From the NCBI GenBank assembly GCA_029261065.1, contig JAJDCB010000030.1, positions 260,876 through 324,875 on the forward strand: DNA of 64,000 nt, written 5' to 3'. Made by a program: the position numbers and the translations under genes. Position 1 is the first letter of the stretch, and each line of letters starts with the position of its first letter. Positions 1-9,149 of this stretch are shown here, piece after piece. This stretch comes from Candidatus Omnitrophota bacterium (GTDB lineage Bacteria; Omnitrophota; Gorgyraeia; Zapsychrales; Zapsychraceae). Below the pieces are notes generated by a model. The model made no database searches, was not told the DNA's origin, and worked only from the letters and a program-made list of their open reading frames with translations.

Positions 1-132
1 AAAAGGAAATTCACTCTACTTTGATGCCTCTTTAGAGCATTATTTCGAAAATGAAAATAAAACCGTTACACGCATTATTTGCGTGTCCTCACCTGTGACT
101 CTGTAAATTCAAAAATTAAAAAAGGTATTGAT

Positions 133-1731
133 ATGTTGTTTTATCAAATCGTGGCTCTTTTTAACCTAATGACATGTGGTCTGATGTATATGATCATCAT
201 GACCAAGTATAATACTTCTAAAGTACATAAAACGTTTTGTTATTTTGCGTTTAGTGTATTTTTATGGGCATTTTGTTATTTCTTTTGGCAAATATCGACT
301 AATAGCCAAATTGCGCTTTTTTGGTGCCGCGCTTTGATGGTTGGAGCTATTTTTATACCGTCAACGTATTTTCATTTTAGTGTTCATGTTATAGAACAAT
401 ATGAAAAATACAAACATTATGTTAAATGGTCGTATTTTGCCAGTTTGATCTTGTTAATATTAAATTTTACTCCATTATTTGTTTACGATGTTAGACCTCG
501 CCTCATATTTCCGTATTGGCCAACTGCAGGTATTACTTTTGCCTCATATATAGCTTTATATGTTTTTGAGCCAACTTTTGCTTTATTTTTATTAATTAAA
601 AATTTAGACAAAATGGAGCCTTATACCAGAAAAAGATTTAAGTATTTATATTGGGGAACGCTTATTGGTCTGGCTGGAAGTCTTACGAATTTTCCTTTAT
701 GGTATGATATTCCTATTTTACCCTGGACGAATGGCTTGGTTTCGGTTTATTTTTTCTTAGTGACGTATTCCATTGTCAGATATCAATTGTTTGATGTGCG
801 CATTGCGATTAACAGAAGTTTAGTTTATACCGTGTTGGTGACCACTGTAACGCTTATATATTTTATGTCTATTTATGCCTTAGAACGGCTATTTCAGGAT
901 TTTGTTGGTTATAGTTCTTTTTTGGCTTCTTTAACATCAGCGACAGCGATTGCCATTTCTTTTATTCCATTACGTAATACGATACAAGTTTTTATCGATA
1001 CTTATTTTTTTAAAGGTAGTGTGACTCAAATTGTTCAAGAAAATGAAATGTTAAGGCGAGAAGTTGCTCAGGCCGAGAAGTCAAAGGCTATTGCAACATT
1101 AGCTAGTGGGATGGCTCATGAGATTAAGAATCCGTTAACTGCCATTAAGACGTTTGCTGCGCACCTACCAGAAAAAAGGAGTGATGTTGCGTTTGTAGAA
1201 CAGTTTTCTACAATTGTTGGTAAAGAGGTTAATCGTATCGATGATCTTGTGCATCAATTGCTTGAGTTTTCTCGTCCAGCTGCTTTAGATATTAAAGAGG
1301 CTGAGATTCATAATATTATTGAGGAATTGTTGAGTCTTTTAAGAAATCAGTTGAAAGATAAAAATATAAGCGTTAAAAAAGATTTTGTTAGAAAAACAGT
1401 GTATATAAATTTAGACGAGAGTAGGATAAAGCAAGTCTTTTTAAATGTGCTGCTAAATGGCATTGATGCGATGTTAAGCGGTGGGGAGCTGACCATTAAG
1501 ACGAGAATACACCTAGATAGATTAGAACTGACCTTTATGGATGAAGGAGTTGGTATACTTAAAGAAGATATTTATCAAATTTTCGATCCTTTTTTTACAA
1601 GAAAAGATAATGGAACAGGTCTTGGTTTGGCTATTGCAAAGGGCATTATTCAAGAGCATAAGGGGACAATTTTGGTAAAAAGTGAGGTAGGAGTTGGTAC
1701 AAGTTTCATTATTGACCTTCCGTTAAATTAG
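133..1731 (+). CDS. Membrane sensor histidine kinase with N-terminal multi-TM (7TM-type) sensor, HisKA and HATPase_c
   Basis: Track ORF 79..1731 begins at TTG; the first ATG (133) starts directly at the hydrophobic TM region, as in the paralog at 2515..4140. H-box 'MAHEIKNPLTAI' and G-boxes 'DEGVGI' and 'GTGLGLAIAKGII'. No cognate response regulator adjacent. Confidence 0.8.
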   Translation: MLFYQIVALFNLMTCGLMYMIIMTKYNTSKVHKTFCYFAFSVFLWAFCYFFWQISTNSQIALFWCRALMVGAIFIPSTYFHFSVHVIEQYEKYKHYVKWSYFASLILLILNFTPLFVYDVRPRLIFPYWPTAGITFASYIALYVFEPTFALFLLIKNLDKMEPYTRKRFKYLYWGTLIGLAGSLTNFPLWYDIPILPWTNGLVSVYFFLVTYSIVRYQLFDVRIAINRSLVYTVLVTTVTLIYFMSIYALERLFQDFVGYSSFLASLTSATAIAISFIPLRNTIQVFIDTYFFKGSVTQIVQENEMLRREVAQAEKSKAIATLASGMAHEIKNPLTAIKTFAAHLPEKRSDVAFVEQFSTIVGKEVNRIDDLVHQLLEFSRPAALDIKEAEIHNIIEELLSLLRNQLKDKNISVKKDFVRKTVYINLDESRIKQVFLNVLLNGIDAMLSGGELTIKTRIHLDRLELTFMDEGVGILKEDIYQIFDPFFTRKDNGTGLGLAIAKGIIQEHKGTILVKSEVGVGTSFIIDLPLN

Positions 1732-1820
1732 ATAAGAATAAATACGTTTGTTGTTGTGTATGATAGTTTTAATGCTTAATATTTAGTGTAATCTTAAAAA
1801 ATAAACATAGGGAGAATAGT

Positions 1821-2474
1821 ATGTTAAAAATTTATGGGGTTAGTTTATCAACACCGTGCAATAAAGTGAGATTTGTAGCAAATGCATTAGATTTAGATTA
1901 TGATTTTGTCGTTGTGAATATGTCGGAAGGAAAACATAAATCGGAAGAGTATCTAGAGTTGCATCCAGCGGGTAAAGTTCCTGTTATTGATGATGAGGGG
2001 TTTGTTTTATTTGAAAGTAATGCGATTATTAAATATTTGAATGAAAAAAATAATGCTGGTTATTATCCAACAGAGCATCGACAACGAGCTATTGTTGATC
2101 AATGGTTAGATTTTTCGAGTCAACATGTGGGGGCGGCAATGAATAAGGTGTTTTTTAATCGGATACTTGCCCCTAAATTTCAAATGGAGGTAGACGCGCA
2201 ATCGTTAAAAGATGGAGAAAAATTTTTACAGAATTTTTTACCGGTGATACATACACAACTAGGAAGACATAAATATCTGGCAGGTGCTGAGTTAACTTTA
2301 GCGGATTTTAATTTATTGGCTGTTCTTGATCCTGCTGAAGTTAGTCAAATTGATTTAACTCAGTTTGATCATATAACGAGATGGCGCGACGAGCTTCGAG
2401 ATAAAGGGTTTTATAAACAGTGTTTTAATAATAGCAATTATACTGAAATGTTAATGGCGATGGCAAAAGAATAG
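1821..2474 (+). CDS. Glutathione S-transferase family protein
   Basis: N-terminal thioredoxin-like GST fold ('KVPVIDDEGFVLFESNAIIKYL'), length 217 aa, C-terminal alpha-helical GST domain. RBS 'agggaga' upstream. Confidence 0.7.
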   Translation: MLKIYGVSLSTPCNKVRFVANALDLDYDFVVVNMSEGKHKSEEYLELHPAGKVPVIDDEGFVLFESNAIIKYLNEKNNAGYYPTEHRQRAIVDQWLDFSSQHVGAAMNKVFFNRILAPKFQMEVDAQSLKDGEKFLQNFLPVIHTQLGRHKYLAGAELTLADFNLLAVLDPAEVSQIDLTQFDHITRWRDELRDKGFYKQCFNNSNYTEMLMAMAKE

Positions 2475-2514
2475 GTTTTTTACTGGATTACGTGTTTTAA
2501 AAAAGCGTGGGACT

Positions 2515-4140
2515 TTATTCAGAAGAAGGAGATTCTGGCATTTCAAAGGGAAGTATAATGCTTACGGTGGTACCTTGGTTTTTCACACTTGTAATACGAA
2601 TTTTTCCTTTATGGCTTTCAATAATGCTTTGCGCAATTGATAGGCCTAAACCAGTATGTTTTTCTTTTGTGCTGTAAAATGGATCAAAAATTTTATTCAA
2701 TTCTTTATCGGGGATGCCACAGCCCGTATCTTTAACATGAATTATAAAGTAAAATGATGTTTGTTCCGTCTCAATCGTTAAATTCCCGCCCCTTGGCATT
2801 GCTTCCAAAGCATTGATGATAATGTTAACTATTGTTTGATTGATTTGATCTGGGTCTATCACTAGATTAACAAATTGTTTATCATCAAATTTTTTATGCA
2901 CCTCAACACCATTTTCTAATATGTTGTTTTTTAAAATTACCAGAGTACTGTTTATTAATAATACAATATTAGTATTTTTTGTCGTTAAAGGGGTTGGGTT
3001 GCTGTATTGATTGAGATGATGAAGCAAACTGTTAATGCGTTGGACCTCGTTTGCGAGAACAGTAGAAAATTTATTTAGAAATTCTTCATCATGTAATTTT
3101 TTAGGAAGATAATGACAATATCCATTGATGGCCGTCAGGGGGTTTTTTATTTCATGAATTATGCTATTGGTTAATGTGGCCAACGTTTTATATCTTTCCG
3201 CTTGAGCGGCTTCTTTCATGAGAAGCTCATTTTGTTCTGCAATTTGAGAAAAACTTCCTTTAAAGAAGTATCGATCAATAAGTGATTGAATAACATTTTT
3301 CAGAGGGATAAAAATTAAGGCAATCGTGGCCATGGCAATCGTTGAACTTACCAAGGATTGGTAACCTAAAATATCTTGGAAAATACGCTCTAGAATGTAA
3401 ATGGTCACAAAATAAAGAATGGTAATGCATGTGATAAGGCTGGAATAAACAAGTCCTTTTTTAAGGATGATATTTATATTAAAAAGTTGGTATCTAAGTA
3501 TAGCGTAAGCAAAGAGAAGGACATAAATGGCTACGAAAATGTTACCAACGGGAGGAATAGGGATGTCAAACCAGAGGGGGAAGTTTGTAAAACCTCCCGA
3601 ATAACTAATTAAGGAGCCAAAAAGAATATATCTGATTTGGTTGCGTTTGATGGGGTGCGTTGTTTTATATTCTTTGGAAAGCAATATAACGCTATAAATG
3701 ATTAAAAGGGCGTAAAGAATAACGTATATTAAGTAGTACTTTCCTGCTGTTGGCCAAAACTCAAACATCATTCTAGGTTTAACATCTTTCACAAAGAGAG
3801 GGGTGAAATTTAATATTAGAAATCCGAGACTTACGACGTATCCAATTAGGATTTTTACACGGTGTTTTTTGTAATTTCCAATTAAGTTAACACAAAAATG
3901 AAAATAGGTGTTTGGGATGAAGATAGCTCCTGTCATTAAGGCGCGGCACCAGAAAAGGGCTGTCGTCTCGGTCTTAGAAAGTTGCCATATAAAATAGCAT
4001 ATTGACCAAATAAAAATAGAGGATGCGAAGTAAAAAAAGGATCGGTTTAAAGAAGATTTTGGGTTTTTGGAAAAAACAAAGATTCCTAAAATTAATGATA
4101 CCAAAGTATTGAGTAAAGCGCTGAAAGGGAAATACCACAT
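2515..4140 (-). CDS. Membrane sensor histidine kinase, paralog of 133..1731 (7TM sensor, HisKA, HATPase_c)
   Basis: Long blocks near-identical to the first HK ('ALFWCRALMTGAIFIPNTYFHF', 'FTNFPLWFDIP', 'ILRYQLF', 'IDRYFFKGS', 'HEIKNPLTAI'). HATPase motifs 'DTGCGI' and 'HTGLGLSIA'. Confidence 0.8.
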   Translation of the reverse strand: MWYFPFSALLNTLVSLILGIFVFSKNPKSSLNRSFFYFASSIFIWSICYFIWQLSKTETTALFWCRALMTGAIFIPNTYFHFCVNLIGNYKKHRVKILIGYVVSLGFLILNFTPLFVKDVKPRMMFEFWPTAGKYYLIYVILYALLIIYSVILLSKEYKTTHPIKRNQIRYILFGSLISYSGGFTNFPLWFDIPIPPVGNIFVAIYVLLFAYAILRYQLFNINIILKKGLVYSSLITCITILYFVTIYILERIFQDILGYQSLVSSTIAMATIALIFIPLKNVIQSLIDRYFFKGSFSQIAEQNELLMKEAAQAERYKTLATLTNSIIHEIKNPLTAINGYCHYLPKKLHDEEFLNKFSTVLANEVQRINSLLHHLNQYSNPTPLTTKNTNIVLLINSTLVILKNNILENGVEVHKKFDDKQFVNLVIDPDQINQTIVNIIINALEAMPRGGNLTIETEQTSFYFIIHVKDTGCGIPDKELNKIFDPFYSTKEKHTGLGLSIAQSIIESHKGKIRITSVKNQGTTVSIILPFEMPESPSSE

Positions 4141-4322
4141 AACTATACTCCAATTTTTAAGTATGTAAGATAGTTTTTATTATAACGAAATGAGATTGCT
4201 TTAGAAAGTAAAAATGCATTTAGAATAAAAAGGCATTATATTAATTTTACTAGAAAAATTAACATTGTTTAGTATAATCATCAATAAATTAAAATGAATT
4301 TTCAAAATGGGGGAGGATTTAT

Positions 4323-5009
4323 ATGCAGAGAATTACGACATTGATGTTGATAATGTTTTTTTTATGTATGAGTGTTACAGGTTATACAGAACAAAAAGGG
4401 GGAGACCATCAGGGGGAGGCCTTGGCCGTTATGAAAGAGGCTCTTCAAAAAAGAATAAGAGTTACTGGAACGTTGGATTTGTTTGATGTTAAAGCGGATC
4501 GAGTGAGAAATTTGAGAAAAATTGAATTTAAAGAAGAGGTCGTTAATGATGGCGACCAATTGGTTGGTATGATGACATGTAAGGATATTGCGACAAATGA
4601 CATGGTTTGGATCGAAGCGGTAGTTCTTGCTAAAAAGGAAGAGGCTTTAAGTTTTAAGGAATTCCGGATCGCAAAAATTGATAAATTTGAAGATAGTAAA
4701 GCGGAGATTTTTGAGAAGAAGAATGTTACTAGGGAGGAGTTGATCACGACTATGACATCTTATGTTGAGCAAAAATCAAAATTTACGAAAAGTTTTGATT
4801 TATACGACGAAAAAGCAAGTAAACTGCGTCACTTAAAGCTAAATTCTTTTTCTGATAAAACGAGAGCCTTTGGGAGTTTGCATATTACTGAAGTTTTATT
4901 TAGTGATGTCGAAACGAATGAAACGCTAAAAATTGATATGACCGTTGAAAATAAAGCTGGTCAATTGAATGTAAAGAAAATAAAAATCAAAAGTGTTTTA
5001 CCTCAATAA
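4323..5009 (+). CDS. Hypothetical secreted protein with an internal tandem duplication
   Basis: Signal peptide 'MQRITTLMLIMFFLCMSVTG'. Two related ~90-aa halves ('LDLFDVKADRVRNLRKIEF...' and 'FDLYDEKASKLRHLKLNSF...'). GGGGAGG RBS 6 nt upstream of the ATG; TATAAT at 4273..4278. Confidence 0.6.
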   Translation: MQRITTLMLIMFFLCMSVTGYTEQKGGDHQGEALAVMKEALQKRIRVTGTLDLFDVKADRVRNLRKIEFKEEVVNDGDQLVGMMTCKDIATNDMVWIEAVVLAKKEEALSFKEFRIAKIDKFEDSKAEIFEKKNVTREELITTMTSYVEQKSKFTKSFDLYDEKASKLRHLKLNSFSDKTRAFGSLHITEVLFSDVETNETLKIDMTVENKAGQLNVKKIKIKSVLPQ

Positions 5010-5198
5010 TTTTGAAACAAGATTAAGGTATGTATAACCTTTTTAAACTTTTAGGGTGTTTCAAAATTTCTTACCTATGTGAGTGCCTAAATTATAAGAT
5101 TTTTCATAAAATATCTGTTTATCAGTTGTAATAAGATTCTGATAATGTAAAATGTGATATGTATATTACTATTAAATAATATTATATATTTTATATTT

Positions 5199-7610
5199 AT
5201 GAAAAATAATCAATTTAAATTATCTTTTCCTTCCTTAATAATTTTCAGTCTCACACTCTGCACAATGTTGTGTTTTCTTGCCGTTTTATGGCAAATGACA
5301 CAGCTTACCTTCAGAATTGAAACAGAATTGCTCAATCATCACTCCTTTTTAGTCATGGAATCTTTTTTACAACAATTTTCAAAGTTGATTTTTACAGTCA
5401 TTTTTTTATTATGGCTAGGTTTAGTAAACATGCTTTTTGTGGTTAAAAGAAGTAGAGAGATGCGTAAAAAACTTTTTAACAAAACGTCTATAGTTAACTT
5501 ATTACATAAAGTGACCAGAGCGGCAAATGAGTCTAAGAGTAGTAACGAGGCGTATAAAGAAGTTTTAGAAATTATTTGTAACTATATGAAATGGCCGATT
5601 GGACACGTTTATGTGCAAAGTAGAAAGAATATGCAAGTCATGGTTTCTGCCGGTATTTGGCGCTCCCCGGAATCTCGGCCTTACCAAAAGTTTCGAGATG
5701 CTTCAAATAAAATAAAATTTAAAGAAGGAGAGGGGGTTATTGGTCTTGCGTTTCAAACGAAAAAGCCGGTTTGGATAAAGGATGTGGATAGGGATCAACA
5801 ATTTAAACGTGCGGCTTTAGCACAAAGCGAAGGATTTAAATCTATCTTAGTTTTTCCTGTCTTGGTAGGAAATCAAGTTGTTTCAATTTTAGAATTTTAT
5901 AGTCGTGAGAGTTGTGAAGAGGGTGATGAGATTGTTAAGTTGATGGGAAATGTAGGAGTCCAGTTGGGGCGGGTTATTGAGCGAGAACGCGCCTCCGAGC
6001 AATTAAAAAATGAGAAAAACATAGCTGTACAGTTAGGAAAGAAAGCCCTGCTTTCTTCGGAAGCAAAGAGCACTTTTTTAGCAGGAATGTCACATGAAAT
6101 TCGTACGCCGATGAATGCGATTTTAGGATTTAGTGACTTATTAACGCGCACAGAATTAGATGAGACTCAATTTAAGTACATTCAAACCATTCAATCGAGT
6201 GGAACGTTATTGATGAGCATTATTAATGATATTTTGGATTTCTCAAAATTTGAATCAGGTAAAATGCAATTAGAATCCATTAATTTTAATATAGAATATT
6301 TAGTTCATGATGTTTTTAAGATGGTGATGGAGAGGATTGCCAATAAACCGATCGATACTTTTGTAGACATAGCAGAGGATGTTCCTCGGTATCTTTTGGG
6401 AGATCCAACAAGATTAAGACAGGTTTTTCTGAATTTGTTGGGAAATGCAATTAAATTTACGAGTGATGGAGAGATAGGCGTTATTATTCGAAGAAACAAT
6501 GCCCTTGTTTCGGAGGATAATATTGGTTTGTTATGTATTGTCAAAGATACGGGGATAGGGGTTTCTGAAGATAAACATCGTTTAATATTTGAGTCTTTTA
6601 GTCAGGCAGATCAGTCAACAACGAGAAACTTTGGCGGTACAGGTTTAGGCCTTACTATATGTAAGTCCATTGTTGAGGCTATGGGTGGCAGGATTCGCAT
6701 TGAGTCGACAGCAAATGTGGGAAGTAAATTTATTTTTGAAATTATTTTGCCAAAGGGTAAGTCATTGACAGAAAGTGAAATTTATCCTCTTTCGTTAGAC
6801 CAAATTAAGAATAAAAAAGTAGCAATCGTTGAAGATAACGACAAAAATCGTGAAATTTTGATTAATTATTGTGAGCAAATTGGCATGGATGTTGTTTTTG
6901 TCGCAAAGAGTGGAGAATCATGTTTACAAAAATTAGATAGTATGGCATCGATTTGTGTTTTCCCTGATGTTTTACTGACGGATATGCTTATGCCTGGAAT
7001 GGATGGCTATGCATTGATAGATAAAATTAGAAAGAATGATAATTGGAAAAAGCTTCGTTTTGTTGCTGTTAGTTCAGATGCTCGTGTGGGAATCACAAAA
7101 GAGGCTCAGGAAAAAGGCTTCCATGGTTTTCTACCTAAACCAATTATCAGAGATGAATTGAAAAATGTGATTGCTGTTGTTTTGGGTGATCAAAGAGAAA
7201 AGAAATCTATTATTACACGTCATAGTGCCGAGGAGATGCATTGCAAAGGGATTAAAGTTTTGGTCGCAGAAGATAGCTTTCCCAATCAGGAATTAATGAA
7301 AGCTTATTTTAAAAATCTTGGTTGTGATGGTGAGTTTGCTGAAAATGGTGCCGAGGCCATTGAGATGATTAAGAAAAATTCTTATGATCTTTGTTTTATG
7401 GATTTACAAATGCCAGTTATGGGCGGGATAGAAGCCACTCTAAAGATTAGAAAAGACATTTCCAAAGAGCTTCCTATTATTGCTTTAACGGCAAATGTTA
7501 TGAAAGAAGCTTACGAGAAATGTTTAAAAGCTGGTATGAATGACTTCTTGCCAAAGCCCGTTGATATGGAATCTCTTAAAAAGAAAATTGTTGGGGTTGT
7601 TAAAAATTAA
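5199..7610 (+). CDS. Hybrid sensor histidine kinase (TM, GAF, HisKA, HATPase_c, two receiver domains)
   Basis: H-box 'MSHEIRTPMNAILGFSDLL'. ATP-lid 'DTGIGV...GGTGLGLTICK'. Two REC domains with the conserved Asp ('LLTDMLMPGMDG', 'CFMDLQMPVMGG'). Track start 5154 is probably too far upstream; the ATG at 5199 ('MKNNQF') precedes the TM segment. Confidence 0.8.
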   Translation: MKNNQFKLSFPSLIIFSLTLCTMLCFLAVLWQMTQLTFRIETELLNHHSFLVMESFLQQFSKLIFTVIFLLWLGLVNMLFVVKRSREMRKKLFNKTSIVNLLHKVTRAANESKSSNEAYKEVLEIICNYMKWPIGHVYVQSRKNMQVMVSAGIWRSPESRPYQKFRDASNKIKFKEGEGVIGLAFQTKKPVWIKDVDRDQQFKRAALAQSEGFKSILVFPVLVGNQVVSILEFYSRESCEEGDEIVKLMGNVGVQLGRVIERERASEQLKNEKNIAVQLGKKALLSSEAKSTFLAGMSHEIRTPMNAILGFSDLLTRTELDETQFKYIQTIQSSGTLLMSIINDILDFSKFESGKMQLESINFNIEYLVHDVFKMVMERIANKPIDTFVDIAEDVPRYLLGDPTRLRQVFLNLLGNAIKFTSDGEIGVIIRRNNALVSEDNIGLLCIVKDTGIGVSEDKHRLIFESFSQADQSTTRNFGGTGLGLTICKSIVEAMGGRIRIESTANVGSKFIFEIILPKGKSLTESEIYPLSLDQIKNKKVAIVEDNDKNREILINYCEQIGMDVVFVAKSGESCLQKLDSMASICVFPDVLLTDMLMPGMDGYALIDKIRKNDNWKKLRFVAVSSDARVGITKEAQEKGFHGFLPKPIIRDELKNVIAVVLGDQREKKSIITRHSAEEMHCKGIKVLVAEDSFPNQELMKAYFKNLGCDGEFAENGAEAIEMIKKNSYDLCFMDLQMPVMGGIEATLKIRKDISKELPIIALTANVMKEAYEKCLKAGMNDFLPKPVDMESLKKKIVGVVKN

Positions 7611-7624
7611 GGATTAAGTACCTC

Positions 7625-9046
7625 GTGAAAAATTATCAATTTGATTTTGAAAATTTAGAAAATACGCTTAAAGTCCTTATTGATGCTGTTGAGCAAACGG
7701 GGGACAACGTGATGGTTACTGATAAAGAGGGTAATGTTAAATATATTAATCCTGCTTTTGAGAGAAATACAGGGTTTTCCCTTGCGGAAGTTATTAACAA
7801 AAATCCAAGGTTTCTTAAGTCTGGAAAACAGGACAAAGAATATTATGAAGAGCTATGGAAAAGTATATTGAGTGGAAAAGTTTTTCGAGCGACGACAATC
7901 AACAAAAAAAAGTCGGGGGAGTTGTATTATTCTGATCAAACGGTATCGCCTGTGACCAATGAAGTTGGTGAGATTACACATTTTGTTTCTGTATGGAAGG
8001 ATATTACTGAGCGTATGGAATATCAAAATGAACTTAATGCATTAAATGATATGCTTTCTTATGAAAAATTGAAACTCGAACAAATTCTTAGCTTTGATGA
8101 AAAGATTAGTGCTCTTGAGAATATAAATGAGATGATTGATTTTATTCTTAAAAAAGTGAGTGTAATCTTAGGCTCTCAACGGTGTTCCTTGTTTTTAGTT
8201 GATGAGAATACTCATGAGATATGTATTAAGGGAGCAATTGGCATATCTGAAGACATTGTTAAGAAAATAAAGGTTAAGCAAGGTGAAGGGGTTATGGGGA
8301 TTGTTATTCAATCGGGAGAATTTTTACTTGTGGAAGATATTGATTTAGATAAGAGGATTGATCGTGAGAATAATTCTAGATATAAATTTAAATCTTTTAT
8401 GTGTGTTCCTATTAAGTTAGAAAATAAACTTATTGGTATTGTTAATGTATCTGAAAAATCTTCCCAAAAAGATGCCATTTATACGTCATTAGATTTAAAA
8501 ATTTTATTGGCTATTGTGCGGGAAGCTGCAGTAGCCATTGAAAATGCCAGAATGTATAAAGAACTAAAGTATTTAACGGTTACGGATCCATTAACGCAGT
8601 TATACAACTTTCGATATTTTACTAAATCCCTAGAGCATGAAATAAATCGCTTTAAAAGGACAGCAAGACCATTAAGCTTGTTGATGATTGATGTAGATCA
8701 TTTTAAAGCGTATAACGATAGTTTTGGGCATTTGGAAGGGGATATCTTGCTTAAGAAGTTAGCCAGTGTCTTTGTTGGTGTGAGCCGCGATATTGATTTT
8801 GTTTGCCGTTATGCGGGTGATGAATTTGCTGTGATATTGTCTGAAACTAATGTTGATGAGGCTAAACAGGTTGCACAACGTATGTTAGAAAAGGTGCGAA
8901 AGTTAAAATTAAAGCAAAAAGTTACTTTAAGTATTGGAATAGCTCAATGTACAGAGAGCATGGATCGTAGAGATTTTATTTCAAAAGCAGATCGTGCTTT
9001 ATTTGAGGCTAAACACGAGGGACGTGATCGCGTTTGTACCTTGTAA
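7625..9046 (+). CDS. PAS-GAF-GGDEF diguanylate cyclase-type protein (AGDEF active-site variant, RxxD I-site)
   Basis: GTG start 14 nt after the hybrid HK. PAS ('NTGFSLAEVINKNPRFL'), GAF, and a GGDEF domain whose signature reads 'RYAGDEF' with the I-site 'RDID' five residues upstream. Confidence 0.75.
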   Translation: MKNYQFDFENLENTLKVLIDAVEQTGDNVMVTDKEGNVKYINPAFERNTGFSLAEVINKNPRFLKSGKQDKEYYEELWKSILSGKVFRATTINKKKSGELYYSDQTVSPVTNEVGEITHFVSVWKDITERMEYQNELNALNDMLSYEKLKLEQILSFDEKISALENINEMIDFILKKVSVILGSQRCSLFLVDENTHEICIKGAIGISEDIVKKIKVKQGEGVMGIVIQSGEFLLVEDIDLDKRIDRENNSRYKFKSFMCVPIKLENKLIGIVNVSEKSSQKDAIYTSLDLKILLAIVREAAVAIENARMYKELKYLTVTDPLTQLYNFRYFTKSLEHEINRFKRTARPLSLLMIDVDHFKAYNDSFGHLEGDILLKKLASVFVGVSRDIDFVCRYAGDEFAVILSETNVDEAKQVAQRMLEKVRKLKLKQKVTLSIGIAQCTESMDRRDFISKADRALFEAKHEGRDRVCTL

Positions 9047-9149
9047 ACATCTGTAAGTGATTCTTTTTATCAAAGGCTTGGAAGTCTAATGATATAAAAG
9101 TGTTGCATAATTTCTTGTTCCTATTAGAATAAAGGTTAAGGATAAATGC

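Noticed and set aside
4362-4747. Antisense ORFs of 65 and 100 aa inside the 4323..5009 gene; the same kind of 60-147 aa opposite-strand or alternative-frame ORFs occur inside most large CDSs (e.g. 5897..6151, 13771..14052, 44637..45151, 59487..59930)
   Set aside because: All are embedded within well-supported CDSs and lack RBSs. They are low-complexity (S/L/I-rich) as expected from reverse translation of AT-rich coding DNA, so I treat them as spurious frames.
5010-5067. 10-bp inverted repeat TTTTGAAACA ... TGTTTCAAAA after the 4323..5009 gene
   Set aside because: The arms are 38 nt apart, AT-only, and not followed by a T-tract; such matches are common by chance in AT-rich intergenic DNA. Possibly a weak terminator, but not well enough supported to call.
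7625-9046. Considered calling the GGDEF protein catalytically dead (degenerate)
   Set aside because: Only the first Gly of the signature is changed (AGDEF). The metal-binding DE and the I-site RxxD are intact, and A/SGDEF variants can be active, so sequence alone does not justify calling it inactive.
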